Shown here piece after piece: positions 1 to 9,942 of a stretch of 32,000 bases of DNA. Below the pieces are notes generated by a model that saw only the letters and a program-made list of their open reading frames with translations, was not told where the DNA came from and did no database searches. The number at the start of each line of letters is the position of its first letter. Position 1 is the stretch's first letter. This stretch comes from Nitrososphaerota archaeon (GTDB taxonomy: Archaea; Thermoproteota; Nitrososphaeria; Nitrososphaerales; Nitrosopumilaceae), in the NCBI GenBank assembly GCA_022573895.1, contig JACZTB010000008.1:13628-45627 (forward strand), given 5' to 3'. The position numbers were made by a program, and so were the translations under genes.

Positions 1-195
1 GACTTTATCGCCAAACTTTTCAACAATTTTATCAGAAATGCTTTTCTCAAACGCAGGTAATTCTACTTTTTTTTCTTCAGGCTTTTTTACTACAGGTTTT
101 GAATCAGTTGTTGGTTTTTCTTCAGGTTTTGAATCAGTTGTTGGTTTTTCTTCAGGTTTTGAATCAGTTGTTGGTTTTGCAGAATCAGAACTCAT
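1..195 (-). CDS. nuoC: NADH-quinone oxidoreductase subunit C-like protein, 5' part only (gene runs off the left edge)
   Basis: Absent from ORF track because there is no stop in the window. Minus-strand ATG at 195-193 overlaps the nuoB stop (TAATG). Reads MSSDSAKPTTDSKPEEKPTTDSKPEEKPTTDSKPVVKKPEEKKVELPAFEKSISDKIVEKFGDKV. The call rests mainly on nuoA-nuoB-nuoC gene order; the visible residues are mostly a low-complexity leader. Confidence 0.55.
   Translation of the reverse strand, partial: MSSDSAKPTTDSKPEEKPTTDSKPEEKPTTDSKPVVKKPEEKKVELPAFEKSISDKIVEKFGDKV
95..180. repeat. 30-bp tandem repeat, ~2.8 copies, inside the nuoC 5' end (encodes KPTTDSKPEE repeats)
   Basis: GGTTTTGAATCAGTTGTTGGTTTTTCTTCA is identical at 95-124 and 125-154. 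The third copy at 155-178 is identical for 24 nt, then diverges. Confidence 0.9.
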
Positions 196-719
196 TATAC
201 AATCGTCCTAGCCTTCATTCTCTTGATTTTCTCTTGCAGTAAAAGACATCCTTGTATGAGAGTTTCAGGTCTAGGTGGGCAGCCTGGAACGTAGACATCA
301 ACTGGAAGTATTCCGTCAATTCCTGGAAGTACATTGTATGAATCAAAATACAATCCTCCAGTAATTGCACAAGCTCCCATAGCAATTACATACTTTGGTT
401 CTGGCATTTGATCATAAACTAATCTGAGACGTGGTGCCATTTTTCTTGTAATAGTTCCTTGAACAACAATTAGATCACATTGTCTAAGTGATCCAAATGC
501 TTCAATGATACCAAATCTTTCAACATCATATCTAGGACTTGATGCTGCACCAAATTCAACACTGCAACAAGCTGTTTCAATGTGGACAGGCCAGAGTGAC
601 CAAATTCTACCCCAGTTGATGGCGTAGCCCAATGGTTTACCGATTGCTTTTTCTAACATGTCTCCTAACTTTCCTACAAAAACATTTGCAGTTTCTGGTG
701 TTAGTAAGTCTTTGAGCAA
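195..719 (-). CDS. nuoB: NADH-quinone oxidoreductase subunit B (20-kDa/PSST, Fe-S cluster N2 subunit)
   Basis: ORF track 174 aa. Has SLWPVHIETACCSVEF, GACAITGG and VPGCPPRPE motifs typical of NuoB. The first codon at 719 is TTG; an internal ATG (MLEKAIG) lies at 659. Confidence 0.93.
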   Translation of the reverse strand: MLKDLLTPETANVFVGKLGDMLEKAIGKPLGYAINWGRIWSLWPVHIETACCSVEFGAASSPRYDVERFGIIEAFGSLRQCDLIVVQGTITRKMAPRLRLVYDQMPEPKYVIAMGACAITGGLYFDSYNVLPGIDGILPVDVYVPGCPPRPETLIQGCLLLQEKIKRMKARTIV

Positions 720-759
720 TCTTATCCCCTATCCTTGTAAATGAAATTAATATAAAAAA

Positions 760-1134
760 CTACCATATTCTTCGTTTCCCTGATAGGTATAGTGCAGGCG
801 CCATTGCTCCAAACATTATAGCTAAAAATCCCATCATAGGTAAAGTTGCACTCTTTGGAAGTTCCAAAAGAGCAGCTCCCCATGCGTACAAGAAAATTGC
901 CATGACATCAAAGACTACAAACATCAGAATGTAAGGATAATACTGCATCATAAAGTGAGTTCGCCCTTCTCCTGATGGAACTTGACCACATTCCATTGGC
1001 AAAAATTTAACAGGATTGCTTCGTTTTCTTGGTGAAATCATTCTTGAAATAACTAATGCAGGTGCCATCGCTGCTATGCCAAAGGCAAACATCAGTACCA
1101 CTGTACTGTAATTGCCCGCTAATTCCCCGACCAA
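760..1134 (-). CDS. nuoA: NADH-quinone oxidoreductase subunit A (ND3 family membrane subunit)
   Basis: ORF track 124 aa with three hydrophobic segments. The FLPMECGQ...YYPYILMFVVFDV pattern is typical of NuoA/ND3, and it lies directly upstream of nuoB. The start codon at 1134 is TTG, so the exact start is uncertain. Confidence 0.88.
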   Translation of the reverse strand: MVGELAGNYSTVVLMFAFGIAAMAPALVISRMISPRKRSNPVKFLPMECGQVPSGEGRTHFMMQYYPYILMFVVFDVMAIFLYAWGAALLELPKSATLPMMGFLAIMFGAMAPALYLSGKRRIW

Positions 1135-1246
1135 TTAGCTTTTGACTCTAATTTTTGTATAAAAAGGTATCCTTCCTTTTTTCGATCAAATTTTGGAAGA
1201 AACAGTTTTTGAAAACTGCTTTATAGGATAATTACAAAAAACGAAT

Positions 1247-1711
1247 ATGTCGTTAAATATTGGAGATGTTGCTCCTGACTTTGAACTTCCGGATATAGAA
1301 TTGAAGATGCGGACTTTGGATGAATTCAAAGGGAAAAAAATTGTATTGACATTCATAGTTGCTGCAAGTTCTCCAGTTTGTGAAGTTGAGCTGTGTACAC
1401 TTAGAGATTCCTGGCAAGAGATTTCAGATCATGGTGCACAAATAATTGCAATCAGTAATGATGGACCATTTGCAAATAAAACGTTTGCAGAAAAACACAA
1501 CTTTAATTTTCCATTGTTAGGGGATTATAACAGTAAAACAATTCGTGATTATGGCATATTGATGAAAGATTTACTTCACCTAAAAGATTACAATGCTGCA
1601 AAACGTTCTGTATTCATAATAATGGAAGATGGAAAGATTGGTTACAAATGGGTTTCAGAAGATCCGTTAAAAGAACCAAACTATGAAGAAATTAAAAAAT
1701 TTCTAAAATAA
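1247..1711 (+). CDS. Peroxiredoxin / thiol-specific antioxidant (AhpC-TSA/Bcp-like)
   Basis: ORF track 154 aa. N-terminal GDVAPDFELPD...GKKIVLTF...SPVCEVELC layout of the AhpC/TSA thioredoxin fold. ATG start; divergent from the nuo operon. Confidence 0.82.
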   Translation: MSLNIGDVAPDFELPDIELKMRTLDEFKGKKIVLTFIVAASSPVCEVELCTLRDSWQEISDHGAQIIAISNDGPFANKTFAEKHNFNFPLLGDYNSKTIRDYGILMKDLLHLKDYNAAKRSVFIIMEDGKIGYKWVSEDPLKEPNYEEIKKFLK

Positions 1712-1724
1712 GAAAAATTTCTTT

Positions 1725-2237
1725 TTATTCTATTTCTGCAATAACGTCGCCTTTAGCAACAGTTGCAGTTTCCTTTACTTTAATTGATTTTATTACACCA
1801 TCTTTGTGTGCTTTAATAGCTACTTGCATTTTCATTGACTCTAAAGTACAAACAATATCACCTTTTTTTACAGAATCTCCATCAGTAACTGCAATTGATA
1901 TAACTTTTCCTGGAATTTGACTTTTCAAAGCTAATTGTGTATCACCAGTATCACCTCCACCAGTATTTTTGTAAACAATTTCATCAAAGTGAGTATGAAT
2001 GTTTAGAGTAATTGGAACATTATCAATTACAAGATTCATTTCATTTGTAGATTGTTCAAGATATTTTGCTCTGTGATATTTTTGGTCTAAAATAAATTCA
2101 ATTCCTTTTGAGGTCATATTTAGAATTTTTAATTTATGATCATTATCATTGATTTTAATTACATATTCATTATTACCAAGATTTTCTATGATCTTTCCTT
2201 CAAATGATTTGTCAATATCTAGTATTTTATAATCCAT
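1725..2237 (-). CDS. accB: Biotin carboxyl carrier protein of acetyl-/propionyl-CoA carboxylase
   Basis: ORF track 170 aa. C-terminal biotinyl domain with the biotin-attachment motif LESMKMQ (canonical E-A/S-M-K-M). Last gene of the carboxylase operon. Confidence 0.88.
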   Translation of the reverse strand: MDYKILDIDKSFEGKIIENLGNNEYVIKINDNDHKLKILNMTSKGIEFILDQKYHRAKYLEQSTNEMNLVIDNVPITLNIHTHFDEIVYKNTGGGDTGDTQLALKSQIPGKVISIAVTDGDSVKKGDIVCTLESMKMQVAIKAHKDGVIKSIKVKETATVAKGDVIAEIE

Positions 2238-2243
2238 AATTCA

Positions 2244-3731
2244 TCAATCCAATTTATTTTTCCAATTGGAATTATTGATAGCGTTGTTCTGTATACGGCT
2301 CTTAAAGTATTCAGAATAAATTATTGCAGCAGCCAAAGCTGCTTCACTTTTCTCTTCTTTTTCTTTCTTAAGATCTTCAGTTAATCTATCAATCATTTTA
2401 TGACGCTTAAGAAAATCGGTGGATAGTTCTCCATTTTTGTACTCATCTGAATTTAGAATTGTTTTATAGAGAGGAATTGAAGTTTCTACTCCTTGAATGT
2501 AAAAGTCATTTAATGCTGAAAGCATCCTAGTTCTAGATTCCTCAAATGTTTGACCCCATGTAACGAGTTTTGCCATAAGTGAGTCATAAAATGGAGAAAC
2601 TGAACAACCAGGATATAGATAAGTATCACATCGAACGCTTGGTCCTGCTGGAATTATTACATCTGGAATAGGGCCAGTAGAAGGAGCAAATTCCAAGAAT
2701 GTATCTTCTGCATTGATTCTACACTCTATTGCATAACCATTCATTTTGAGATCACTTTGTTTGAATGGAATTGGTTCTCCATTTGCAATATCTAATTGCA
2801 ATTTGACCAAATCCAATCCAGATACAAGTTCTGTAATTGGATGTTCGACTTGTAGTCTTGCATTTATTTCAATAAAGTAGAATTCTCCATCATCAGATCT
2901 TAGAAATTCAGCAGTTCCCAAGTTAGTATAGTCAACTGCATCAGCTGCTTTACAAACTAATGTACCTATACGAGTTCTTGTTTCTTCATCAACAACTGGT
3001 GAAGGAGTTTGTTCAATCAATTTTTGATTTCGTCTTTGAATTGAGCATTCTCTCTCAAAGATGTGAACAGTATTACCATGAGTGTCTCTAGCCATCTGAA
3101 ATTCAATATGTCGTGTCTTTTCAAGAAATTTTTCTACAATAATGGCTGATTTCCCTACTGATGCCATTGATTCTCCTGTAACAGATTCATAGCCGTCACG
3201 TAATTCTTTATCAGTATTTACTATTCTAATTCCACGACCACCACCACCATAAACTGATTTTAACATTACAGGATAACCAATTTTATTTGCAATCTTTTCT
3301 GCGTCATCAGCATCTTTTACTAGACCAGGACTACCTGGAACAGTTGGAACTTTAGCTTTTAACATTGCAGCTTTACATTTCATTTTGTCACCACAAAGAT
3401 CCATCGAATCTGCAGACGGACCAATGAAATTAATTTTATTTTTTTCACACAGTCGTGCAAAATCATCATTTTCAGAAAGAAAACCATAACCTGGATGAAC
3501 AGCATCTGCACCAGATGATAGAATTACTTCTAAAATTTTTTCTTGGTTCAGATATGATTTTGCAGGAGCTGCCTCCCCAATGTGATATGCTTCAGTAGCT
3601 TGTTTTACGTGTAAAGAATTGTAATCTTCATCAGAATAAACTGCAACTGTTTTGATTCCAAGTGTCCTACATGTTCTAATTACACGTAAAGCAATTTCTC
3701 CTCTGTTTGCGATAAGTACTTTTTCAATCAT
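2244..3731 (-). CDS. accC: Biotin carboxylase subunit (ATP-grasp) of acetyl-/propionyl-CoA carboxylase
   Basis: ORF track 495 aa. MIEKVLIANRGEIALRVIRT start, GYGFLSEN, glycine-rich loop GGGGRGIR, EINARLQVEHP; canonical biotin carboxylase. Overlaps the upstream gene by 4 nt (ATGA). Confidence 0.95.
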   Translation of the reverse strand: MIEKVLIANRGEIALRVIRTCRTLGIKTVAVYSDEDYNSLHVKQATEAYHIGEAAPAKSYLNQEKILEVILSSGADAVHPGYGFLSENDDFARLCEKNKINFIGPSADSMDLCGDKMKCKAAMLKAKVPTVPGSPGLVKDADDAEKIANKIGYPVMLKSVYGGGGRGIRIVNTDKELRDGYESVTGESMASVGKSAIIVEKFLEKTRHIEFQMARDTHGNTVHIFERECSIQRRNQKLIEQTPSPVVDEETRTRIGTLVCKAADAVDYTNLGTAEFLRSDDGEFYFIEINARLQVEHPITELVSGLDLVKLQLDIANGEPIPFKQSDLKMNGYAIECRINAEDTFLEFAPSTGPIPDVIIPAGPSVRCDTYLYPGCSVSPFYDSLMAKLVTWGQTFEESRTRMLSALNDFYIQGVETSIPLYKTILNSDEYKNGELSTDFLKRHKMIDRLTEDLKKEKEEKSEAALAAAIIYSEYFKSRIQNNAINNSNWKNKLD

Positions 3732-5275
3732 AAATTGATGTTTCCGTGTTTTCTAGGTAGTTGTTTTTCTCTTTTGTTTTCAAGCATTTCTAGTGCTTTT
3801 ATTAGCATTGGTCTTGTTTCAGCTGGATCAATTACATTGTCAACAGTTCCATGAGATGCGGCAACGTAAGGATTTTCAAATTTTTCTGCAAATTCATCAA
3901 TTAATTCTTTTTTAAGAGATTCAGGGTCTTCGGCTTTGGCAAGTTCTTTCCTATACATGATTTTTACGGCTGCTTCTCCACCTAAAACTGCACATCTTGC
4001 AGTGGGCCATGCATAGTTAATATCAGTTCTAAGATTTTTACTTCCCATTGCAATGTATGCACCACCATATGCTTTACCAATAACTAGAGTAATTCTTGGA
4101 ACAGTAGCTTCACAAAATGCATAGAGTAACTTACTTCCATGTCTAATGATGCCGTTGTGTTCTTGATTAGAACCAGGCATGTAACCAGGAGTGTCTACCA
4201 AAGTGATTAGGGGTATGTTAAAGGAATCACAGAATCTGATAAAACGTGCTGCCTTATTTGATGAATCAATATCAAGTGCGCCTGCAAGATGCATAGGATT
4301 GTTTGCAATAAATCCAACAACTCTACCATTCATTCTTCCATAACCAACTATAATATTTGGTGCAAACAATTCATGCACTTCAAAGAATTCATGATTGTCA
4401 ACAATTGAGTTAATGATGTCTTTCATGTCATAGGGCTGCAAAGGATTTTCTGGAATTATGTTAATTAGATTATGATCTAATCTATTTGGATCATCATCAG
4501 TTTTTATTTTAGGTGGTTCTTCAGTATTATTTTGTGGAAGATATGAAAGTAATTTTTTAACGTAATCCATACACTCGTATTCATTTTGTGCAACAAAATG
4601 AGCAACCCCACTTTTTGTAGCATGTGTCATTGCTCCACCAAGATCTTCAAATGAAATTTCTTCACCTAATACAGTCTTAACTACATCAGGTCCTGTAACA
4701 AACATAGTTCCTACTTTATCAACCATAATTACAAAGTCTGTCATTGCAGGAGAGTATACAGCACCACCTGCTGATGGGCCTATGCTTGCAGTAATTTGTG
4801 GAATTACTCCGGAAGCTAATTGATTATAATAAAAGATATCTGCAAATCCATCAAGACTCATAATTCCTTCTTGAATTCTAGCACCACCAGAATCCATTAT
4901 TCCAATGATTGGACATCCTGTTCTAAGTGCATGATCTGTTAGTTTAGTAATTTTTTTAGCTCCCATTTTACTTAATGTTCCACCAAGTACAGTAAAGTCA
5001 TAAGCAAAGACAAAGATTTGTCTACCATTTACTGTTCCATAACCACAAACTACACCATCTGTAAAGAATATCTTTTTCTGCATATCATATTCATGATAAT
5101 GGTGTGTGACCAATGAATCCATTTCGGTAAAAGTACCTTCATCAAGTAAAAGATTAATTCTTTCACGAGCAGTTAATTTACCTTTATCATGTTGAGCTTT
5201 GATTCTATCTTGACCCCCTCCTTGTAATGCTGTGTTATTTTTTTTAATATATTCATCAATCTTTTCAGAATGCAT
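3728..5275 (-). CDS. pccB: Carboxyltransferase subunit (PccB/AccD6-like) of acetyl-/propionyl-CoA carboxylase
   Basis: ORF track 515 aa. Shows hallmarks of propionyl-CoA carboxylase beta chains: GKLTARERI, SGGARIQEG, GPSAGGAVYSPAMTDF and GKAYGGAYIAMG. Confidence 0.95.
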   Translation of the reverse strand: MHSEKIDEYIKKNNTALQGGGQDRIKAQHDKGKLTARERINLLLDEGTFTEMDSLVTHHYHEYDMQKKIFFTDGVVCGYGTVNGRQIFVFAYDFTVLGGTLSKMGAKKITKLTDHALRTGCPIIGIMDSGGARIQEGIMSLDGFADIFYYNQLASGVIPQITASIGPSAGGAVYSPAMTDFVIMVDKVGTMFVTGPDVVKTVLGEEISFEDLGGAMTHATKSGVAHFVAQNEYECMDYVKKLLSYLPQNNTEEPPKIKTDDDPNRLDHNLINIIPENPLQPYDMKDIINSIVDNHEFFEVHELFAPNIIVGYGRMNGRVVGFIANNPMHLAGALDIDSSNKAARFIRFCDSFNIPLITLVDTPGYMPGSNQEHNGIIRHGSKLLYAFCEATVPRITLVIGKAYGGAYIAMGSKNLRTDINYAWPTARCAVLGGEAAVKIMYRKELAKAEDPESLKKELIDEFAEKFENPYVAASHGTVDNVIDPAETRPMLIKALEMLENKREKQLPRKHGNINL

Positions 5276-5380
5276 AACAGTAATCTAAAGCATGGGGGTT
5301 TCCTATATTAATTTAATTTGGTGATAGAGACACTATCAAATTTTTACAAAAATTCAACAAGTATTGTTTATTTTAGAAAT

Positions 5381-5692
5381 TTAGGAGTTAATAATTAGAA
5401 ATTTCTTTTTTACCGATTTTTGGTAAGAACTAAAAGCATCTTTTTTCTCACTACATTTCTTACAGATACATAATTGAGATACGTTTGGAATATCACAATT
5501 TTCCTGAAATTCACATTTAGGGCAACCAGCAGGAGCACCACATACTGCGCATTGCAATTCATTAATTTCAGCACATTTTTCATGTTTTACACCTAATCCT
5601 TTTGCCCACAATCCAATTTCATTGACTTTGATTTTTTCTTTACATACTAAACAAGTTCCTGAGAACTTCATAGAAATTTTCCTCCAGCTCAT
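5381..5692 (-). CDS. Cysteine-rich (multi CxxC) zinc-binding protein, function unknown
   Basis: ORF track 103 aa. Its ATG overlaps the RFC stop by 1 nt (TAATG). Motifs CLVC...HEKC, CAVC...CPKC and CICKKC. Confidence 0.6.
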   Translation of the reverse strand: MSWRKISMKFSGTCLVCKEKIKVNEIGLWAKGLGVKHEKCAEINELQCAVCGAPAGCPKCEFQENCDIPNVSQLCICKKCSEKKDAFSSYQKSVKKKFLIINS

Positions 5693-6846
5693 TAGATTAG
5701 TTCAATCTCCTTTTCAATAATATCACCAAAAGTTTCTTGTATTTCTAATTCAAGAGTTTTATTTTTAATACAAAATAAAACATATGGCAAACAAAGTGTT
5801 ACAAAAGCACTAGAGGATATATGTAATTTTTTTGCCATAACAGATGATAATGACTTTATTTTGTTTCTATCCCAACGAATTCTATTAAGTAAAGGCCACG
5901 AAAGATTGTATTGTGAATATCTAATTCTATCATCATTTTGATATAATTCTATCAAAATGTCATTAAGATAGCGTAAAAGTCTCCAATTTTGAGTTTTCAT
6001 AATCTTGCCATAAAGCATATCAGCATTTGAGATAATTTCTAGATATTTTGCAAGTGTTGTATTATCTAGATTACTGGTAATTATACTAGAATAAAGTGCG
6101 TCAATCTTTTTTCTTGGATCAATTTGCATGGAATACAAAACTCCTCTAGCTTCTTCAATTGAATTTGCTTTAAAGAATGCATTTACTCCATCTTCAACAT
6201 TAATACTTTCAAAAGATGTTTCAGTTTGAGGATTAAATCCAGTAACTAGAGACTGAGTCAGATTAATCATAGAGCGGATATCTCCATGTGATTTGTCAAT
6301 AACTTTGATTAAAGATCCAGGACTTAGTTTTGCATTTTCTTTTTTTAGAATATTTTCAAGATAGACTCTCAAGAGGCGAGGTGGGAGTCTTTTGAAGTAG
6401 ATTGTTTTAACAACTTTTCTGATACTTTTCATTTTGTCTTGGGTATCATCATTTGCAGCAAGAACAATAGGTACTGTAGGTTCTTTTAGAATGTCAACAA
6501 GTGCTGTAGCACCGCCATAATCACCACGACCATGAATTCCATCTACCTCATCAACAAATATCATTGGAGTTCCTAAAACACTCACATTTCCTAAAACAGG
6601 TGTAAGAATTTCATTAATTCTAGATTTACTTCTAACGTCACTGGCATTAAGTCCAATCATATCATATCCAAATTGTTTTGCTAGGAGATAGGCTATAGTA
6701 GTTTTTCCAATTCCAGGTGGTCCAACTAGAAGAAGTGGTTTTGTTCCTTTTTTCCATTTTGCAAACCATTCCATTATTGCAGCACGAGATTCTTCGTTTC
6801 CCACCATATCAGAAATAATCTGAGGTCGATGTTTTTCAGACCACAT
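5692..6846 (-). CDS. rfcL: Replication factor C large subunit (clamp loader AAA+ ATPase)
   Basis: The ORF track extends to 6888, but the ATG at 6846 gives the canonical MWSEKHRP start, 8 nt after the upstream gene's stop. Walker A GPPGIGKTT, Walker B FVDEVDG. Confidence 0.87.
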   Translation of the reverse strand: MWSEKHRPQIISDMVGNEESRAAIMEWFAKWKKGTKPLLLVGPPGIGKTTIAYLLAKQFGYDMIGLNASDVRSKSRINEILTPVLGNVSVLGTPMIFVDEVDGIHGRGDYGGATALVDILKEPTVPIVLAANDDTQDKMKSIRKVVKTIYFKRLPPRLLRVYLENILKKENAKLSPGSLIKVIDKSHGDIRSMINLTQSLVTGFNPQTETSFESINVEDGVNAFFKANSIEEARGVLYSMQIDPRKKIDALYSSIITSNLDNTTLAKYLEIISNADMLYGKIMKTQNWRLLRYLNDILIELYQNDDRIRYSQYNLSWPLLNRIRWDRNKIKSLSSVMAKKLHISSSAFVTLCLPYVLFCIKNKTLELEIQETFGDIIEKEIELI

Positions 6847-6854
6847 CAATTTTA

Positions 6855-7970
6855 TCACTTTGGAAGTTTGGATTCGAACTCTGACCATTTATTGGCCTTT
6901 AGTAATTGATTGTACCAGTATTGATTATAATGTTCTACAGTCAAAAACAAAAATTCTAAAAATTCTTTGTGGGAAAATTCCTCAGGTAACATTTGAAGAG
7001 TAAGACGAGCATCTTGTAAATACAGATTACTTTTTTCTAAAGTAACTTCAAATCCTTTTTTCACATCATTTGCTAATAATGAATAGTAAAGTGGCCAAGA
7101 AGGTATTTTTACAAATCCATTTTTAATAGAGTCTTCAATTTCATTTCCACAACCAACACCTTCAGCAGCTCTTGCCATTCCTAAATAGAAAATTTCGCCC
7201 AGTGGTCGTTCTGCTAAAGCCATGTTTCTACCAGCAGTTCCCATAACTGCTCGATATTTCTTGTAAGATAACGTCATTTCTTCTTCAGTAATTTCAGTTG
7301 GTTTTGATTTTAATTTCTCATCAAGATATTGTCCTATTCTTGCATCTTTGAATCCTTCTTCAAACTCTTTTAGTACTTGTTCACCACCCTTCGAAATTTT
7401 ATCTCGAGCTAATTTCAAGATGTATGGGTTCATAAGTTTGTAATCATCAAGAAATTCCAAGTCTTCATCTTTATCTACGATTCTATCCATTGGTTCACTA
7501 AGATCTATTGCTAAGATATGTCCCTCAACTACATCCTGTTTTAATTGAGGATCATTTCTTCCAGCATATTCTGCTGCACCATCAAATAATGCATTAAAAA
7601 CAGGAAAGGTCATTTTTACAAAATTTGAATTTAAAATTCGTAGTACTCTGTCTTTTAGTACATCAGAGTTTTCTAATTTCGATTTTATAGGCTCAATTTC
7701 AGATGCGTTTAGTATTATTTCAGTTGAACCTACCTCATCACCAAATGCTTGCTGAGTAGAATTAGGATTAGTATCAGATTTTATTTCATTTAGAAGACCC
7801 TGTACAAATCTTTCTACAAAGTTTGGAAATTCTTTTTCTGTTTCTTCCTTATACTTTTTAAATAATTTGTAACCTTTTGATTTGAACAAACCTTGTTTCA
7901 ATATTTGCTTTCCAGGTTTTGTGCTCATCAAAGCTTCTTTACTTACAACAGATTGATCTTTACCACTCAC
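6855..7970 (-). CDS. Hypothetical protein (no domain recognised)
   Basis: ORF track 371 aa, long clean ORF packed between rfcL and a divergent promoter. The codon at 7970 is GTG; an alternative ATG at 7928 gives MSTKPGKQ. Confidence 0.6.
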   Translation of the reverse strand: MSGKDQSVVSKEALMSTKPGKQILKQGLFKSKGYKLFKKYKEETEKEFPNFVERFVQGLLNEIKSDTNPNSTQQAFGDEVGSTEIILNASEIEPIKSKLENSDVLKDRVLRILNSNFVKMTFPVFNALFDGAAEYAGRNDPQLKQDVVEGHILAIDLSEPMDRIVDKDEDLEFLDDYKLMNPYILKLARDKISKGGEQVLKEFEEGFKDARIGQYLDEKLKSKPTEITEEEMTLSYKKYRAVMGTAGRNMALAERPLGEIFYLGMARAAEGVGCGNEIEDSIKNGFVKIPSWPLYYSLLANDVKKGFEVTLEKSNLYLQDARLTLQMLPEEFSHKEFLEFLFLTVEHYNQYWYNQLLKANKWSEFESKLPK

Positions 7971-8052
7971 AAACGTAAACTTCTTTATTGTTATTTATTC
8001 TTTCAAAACAAATGTTTACTTCACTTAAATTACGAAACACTGAATATTCATT

Positions 8053-8853
8053 ATGGAAGTAATAGAAATTCTTCGTGAGGCTTCAAATAGAATTTATGAA
8101 AATGTAAAAGATCTTGCTGGTACTGAACATGCTGCAGGAGATTTTGGTAGAGGAGCAGGAGGAGATATTTCACGAAACATAGATATTGTTGCTGAAAAAA
8201 CAGTCTTAGATTATCTTAAAGAAATTAATTTTGAATGTATTGTTTTAGGTGAAGAATGTGGAAGAGTAGAACTATCAGATAATTCTAAAGGATACATCAT
8301 TATGGATGCAATAGATGGTTCTGCTAATGCAGTACGTGGTGTTCCTTTTTTCTGTAGTTCATTGGCATTTGCAACTGAGAATAAACTTAGCTCAATTACA
8401 GACGGAGTCATTACAAATCTAGTAAATGGAGAAATGTATTGGGCTACAAAAAATAAAGGTTCATTTTTCAATGGAAAACAAATCAAAGTTCACAACAGGG
8501 ATCCAATCTACAAAATAGTCGGAATTAACATATCGGGGGCAACACCAGACTTGATAAGACGATTACAATCAGTATTTGAAAACCATAATCACGCAAGACA
8601 TTTTGGTGCAAATGCCCTAGAAATGGCATTATTGGCAAGAGGGTTGATAGATATTTTTATTGATTTTAGAGAGAAAATTAGAATCCAAGACATTGCTGCA
8701 GGATATCTAATTGTAAAAGAAGCAGGGGGATTACTGTTAGATGCAGATTTGAATCCACTTGATTCTGAACTTAGTTATGATACAAGAATTTCTTTTATTG
8801 CCGCAGCAAATCAGAAAATTCTTGATGAAATAATGTCGCAGATCAAACAATGA
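8053..8853 (+). CDS. suhB: Inositol monophosphatase / fructose-1,6-bisphosphatase family protein
   Basis: ORF track 266 aa. Metal-binding motifs LGEE, IMDAIDGSANAVRG (DPIDGT-type) and the IAAGYLIVKEAGG C-terminal motif. Confidence 0.88.
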   Translation: MEVIEILREASNRIYENVKDLAGTEHAAGDFGRGAGGDISRNIDIVAEKTVLDYLKEINFECIVLGEECGRVELSDNSKGYIIMDAIDGSANAVRGVPFFCSSLAFATENKLSSITDGVITNLVNGEMYWATKNKGSFFNGKQIKVHNRDPIYKIVGINISGATPDLIRRLQSVFENHNHARHFGANALEMALLARGLIDIFIDFREKIRIQDIAAGYLIVKEAGGLLLDADLNPLDSELSYDTRISFIAAANQKILDEIMSQIKQ

Positions 8854-8986
8854 ATAGGTCACAAGAGAAAATTAAATTATTACAAGGGATTTCATAGTTT
8901 TTTTATACTTTGGAACAATAATTGAATTTTTTGAATAAAATTATAAAAGAAATATTTTTATCTTAAGTCAGAGAAAAATAAGTTGT

Positions 8987-9829
8987 ATGGTATCTGAGAT
9001 GAAGGCAATAGTCACTTATAGGGAAATTATAAAAGAAGATCTTGTAATTATACGATTAGTTCCAGAAAATGGAGTACCAAAATACAGAACTGGTCAATTT
9101 CTAACAATTGGTCTTCCAATACCAGCAGAAAAAAAGATAGTTAGAAGAGCATATTCAATTGCATCACATGCAGAGAACAGAGATTATTTTGAATTTGTAA
9201 TTAGATGGGTAAGAAAACCACTTCCCGGTCGTGTAACAACTGAATTATTTTATCTAAGTGTTGGTGATGAAGTATTTTTAGGAGACCCTACGGGAGCTGC
9301 CTTGCAAATTAGTGAAAAGTTACCAAATGGTGAAAAAGACAATAGAAGAGTAATTTGTGTTGGTGGTGGAACAGGATTAGCGCCATTTATTGGATTTGCA
9401 AAACATTTCCATGACACTAATGACAAAAGAGAATTGATTATTTTGCACGGAGCTAGTTACATTGATGAATTAAGTTACAGACGACTTTTGACAGATTTGG
9501 ACAATGAAAGCAAGAAAAGAGGGAGGGACCAATGGAACTTTAGATATAGAGCAGCTATTAGTAGACCAAAAGAATTCTATAACAGGTCTTGGTCTGGACC
9601 TGTAGGTAGAGTAGAATCATTTTTCAAGCCTGATAAAAAAACTGGATTATCACCAGTGGATAAGATGGTAGGAGAAAAAATTACACCAGATAATACAATC
9701 GTCTACATTTGTGGATATCAAGGTACTATTGATGGGGTAATAGAATCTCTTGATTCTAGAGATTTTGTTACTGAACATGAGAAAAACCCTGATGGAAGCT
9801 TTGGAATAAAGTTCGAATCATATGGATAA
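8987..9829 (+). CDS. Ferredoxin-NADP+ reductase-type oxidoreductase (FAD/NAD(P)-binding)
   Basis: ORF track 280 aa. FAD-binding RAYSIAS and NAD(P)-binding GGGTGLAPF motifs; ATG start at 8987. Confidence 0.85.
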   Translation: MVSEMKAIVTYREIIKEDLVIIRLVPENGVPKYRTGQFLTIGLPIPAEKKIVRRAYSIASHAENRDYFEFVIRWVRKPLPGRVTTELFYLSVGDEVFLGDPTGAALQISEKLPNGEKDNRRVICVGGGTGLAPFIGFAKHFHDTNDKRELIILHGASYIDELSYRRLLTDLDNESKKRGRDQWNFRYRAAISRPKEFYNRSWSGPVGRVESFFKPDKKTGLSPVDKMVGEKITPDNTIVYICGYQGTIDGVIESLDSRDFVTEHEKNPDGSFGIKFESYG

Positions 9830-9942
9830 AAATATTTTTAAAAAATAACCAATTAATTAATTTTTATTTGTGAGATGAGAAAATTAAGTCGTATTTGTAG
9901 GAATACCTGTGGATTTTTATATTGTAGTATAATTTGAAACAT

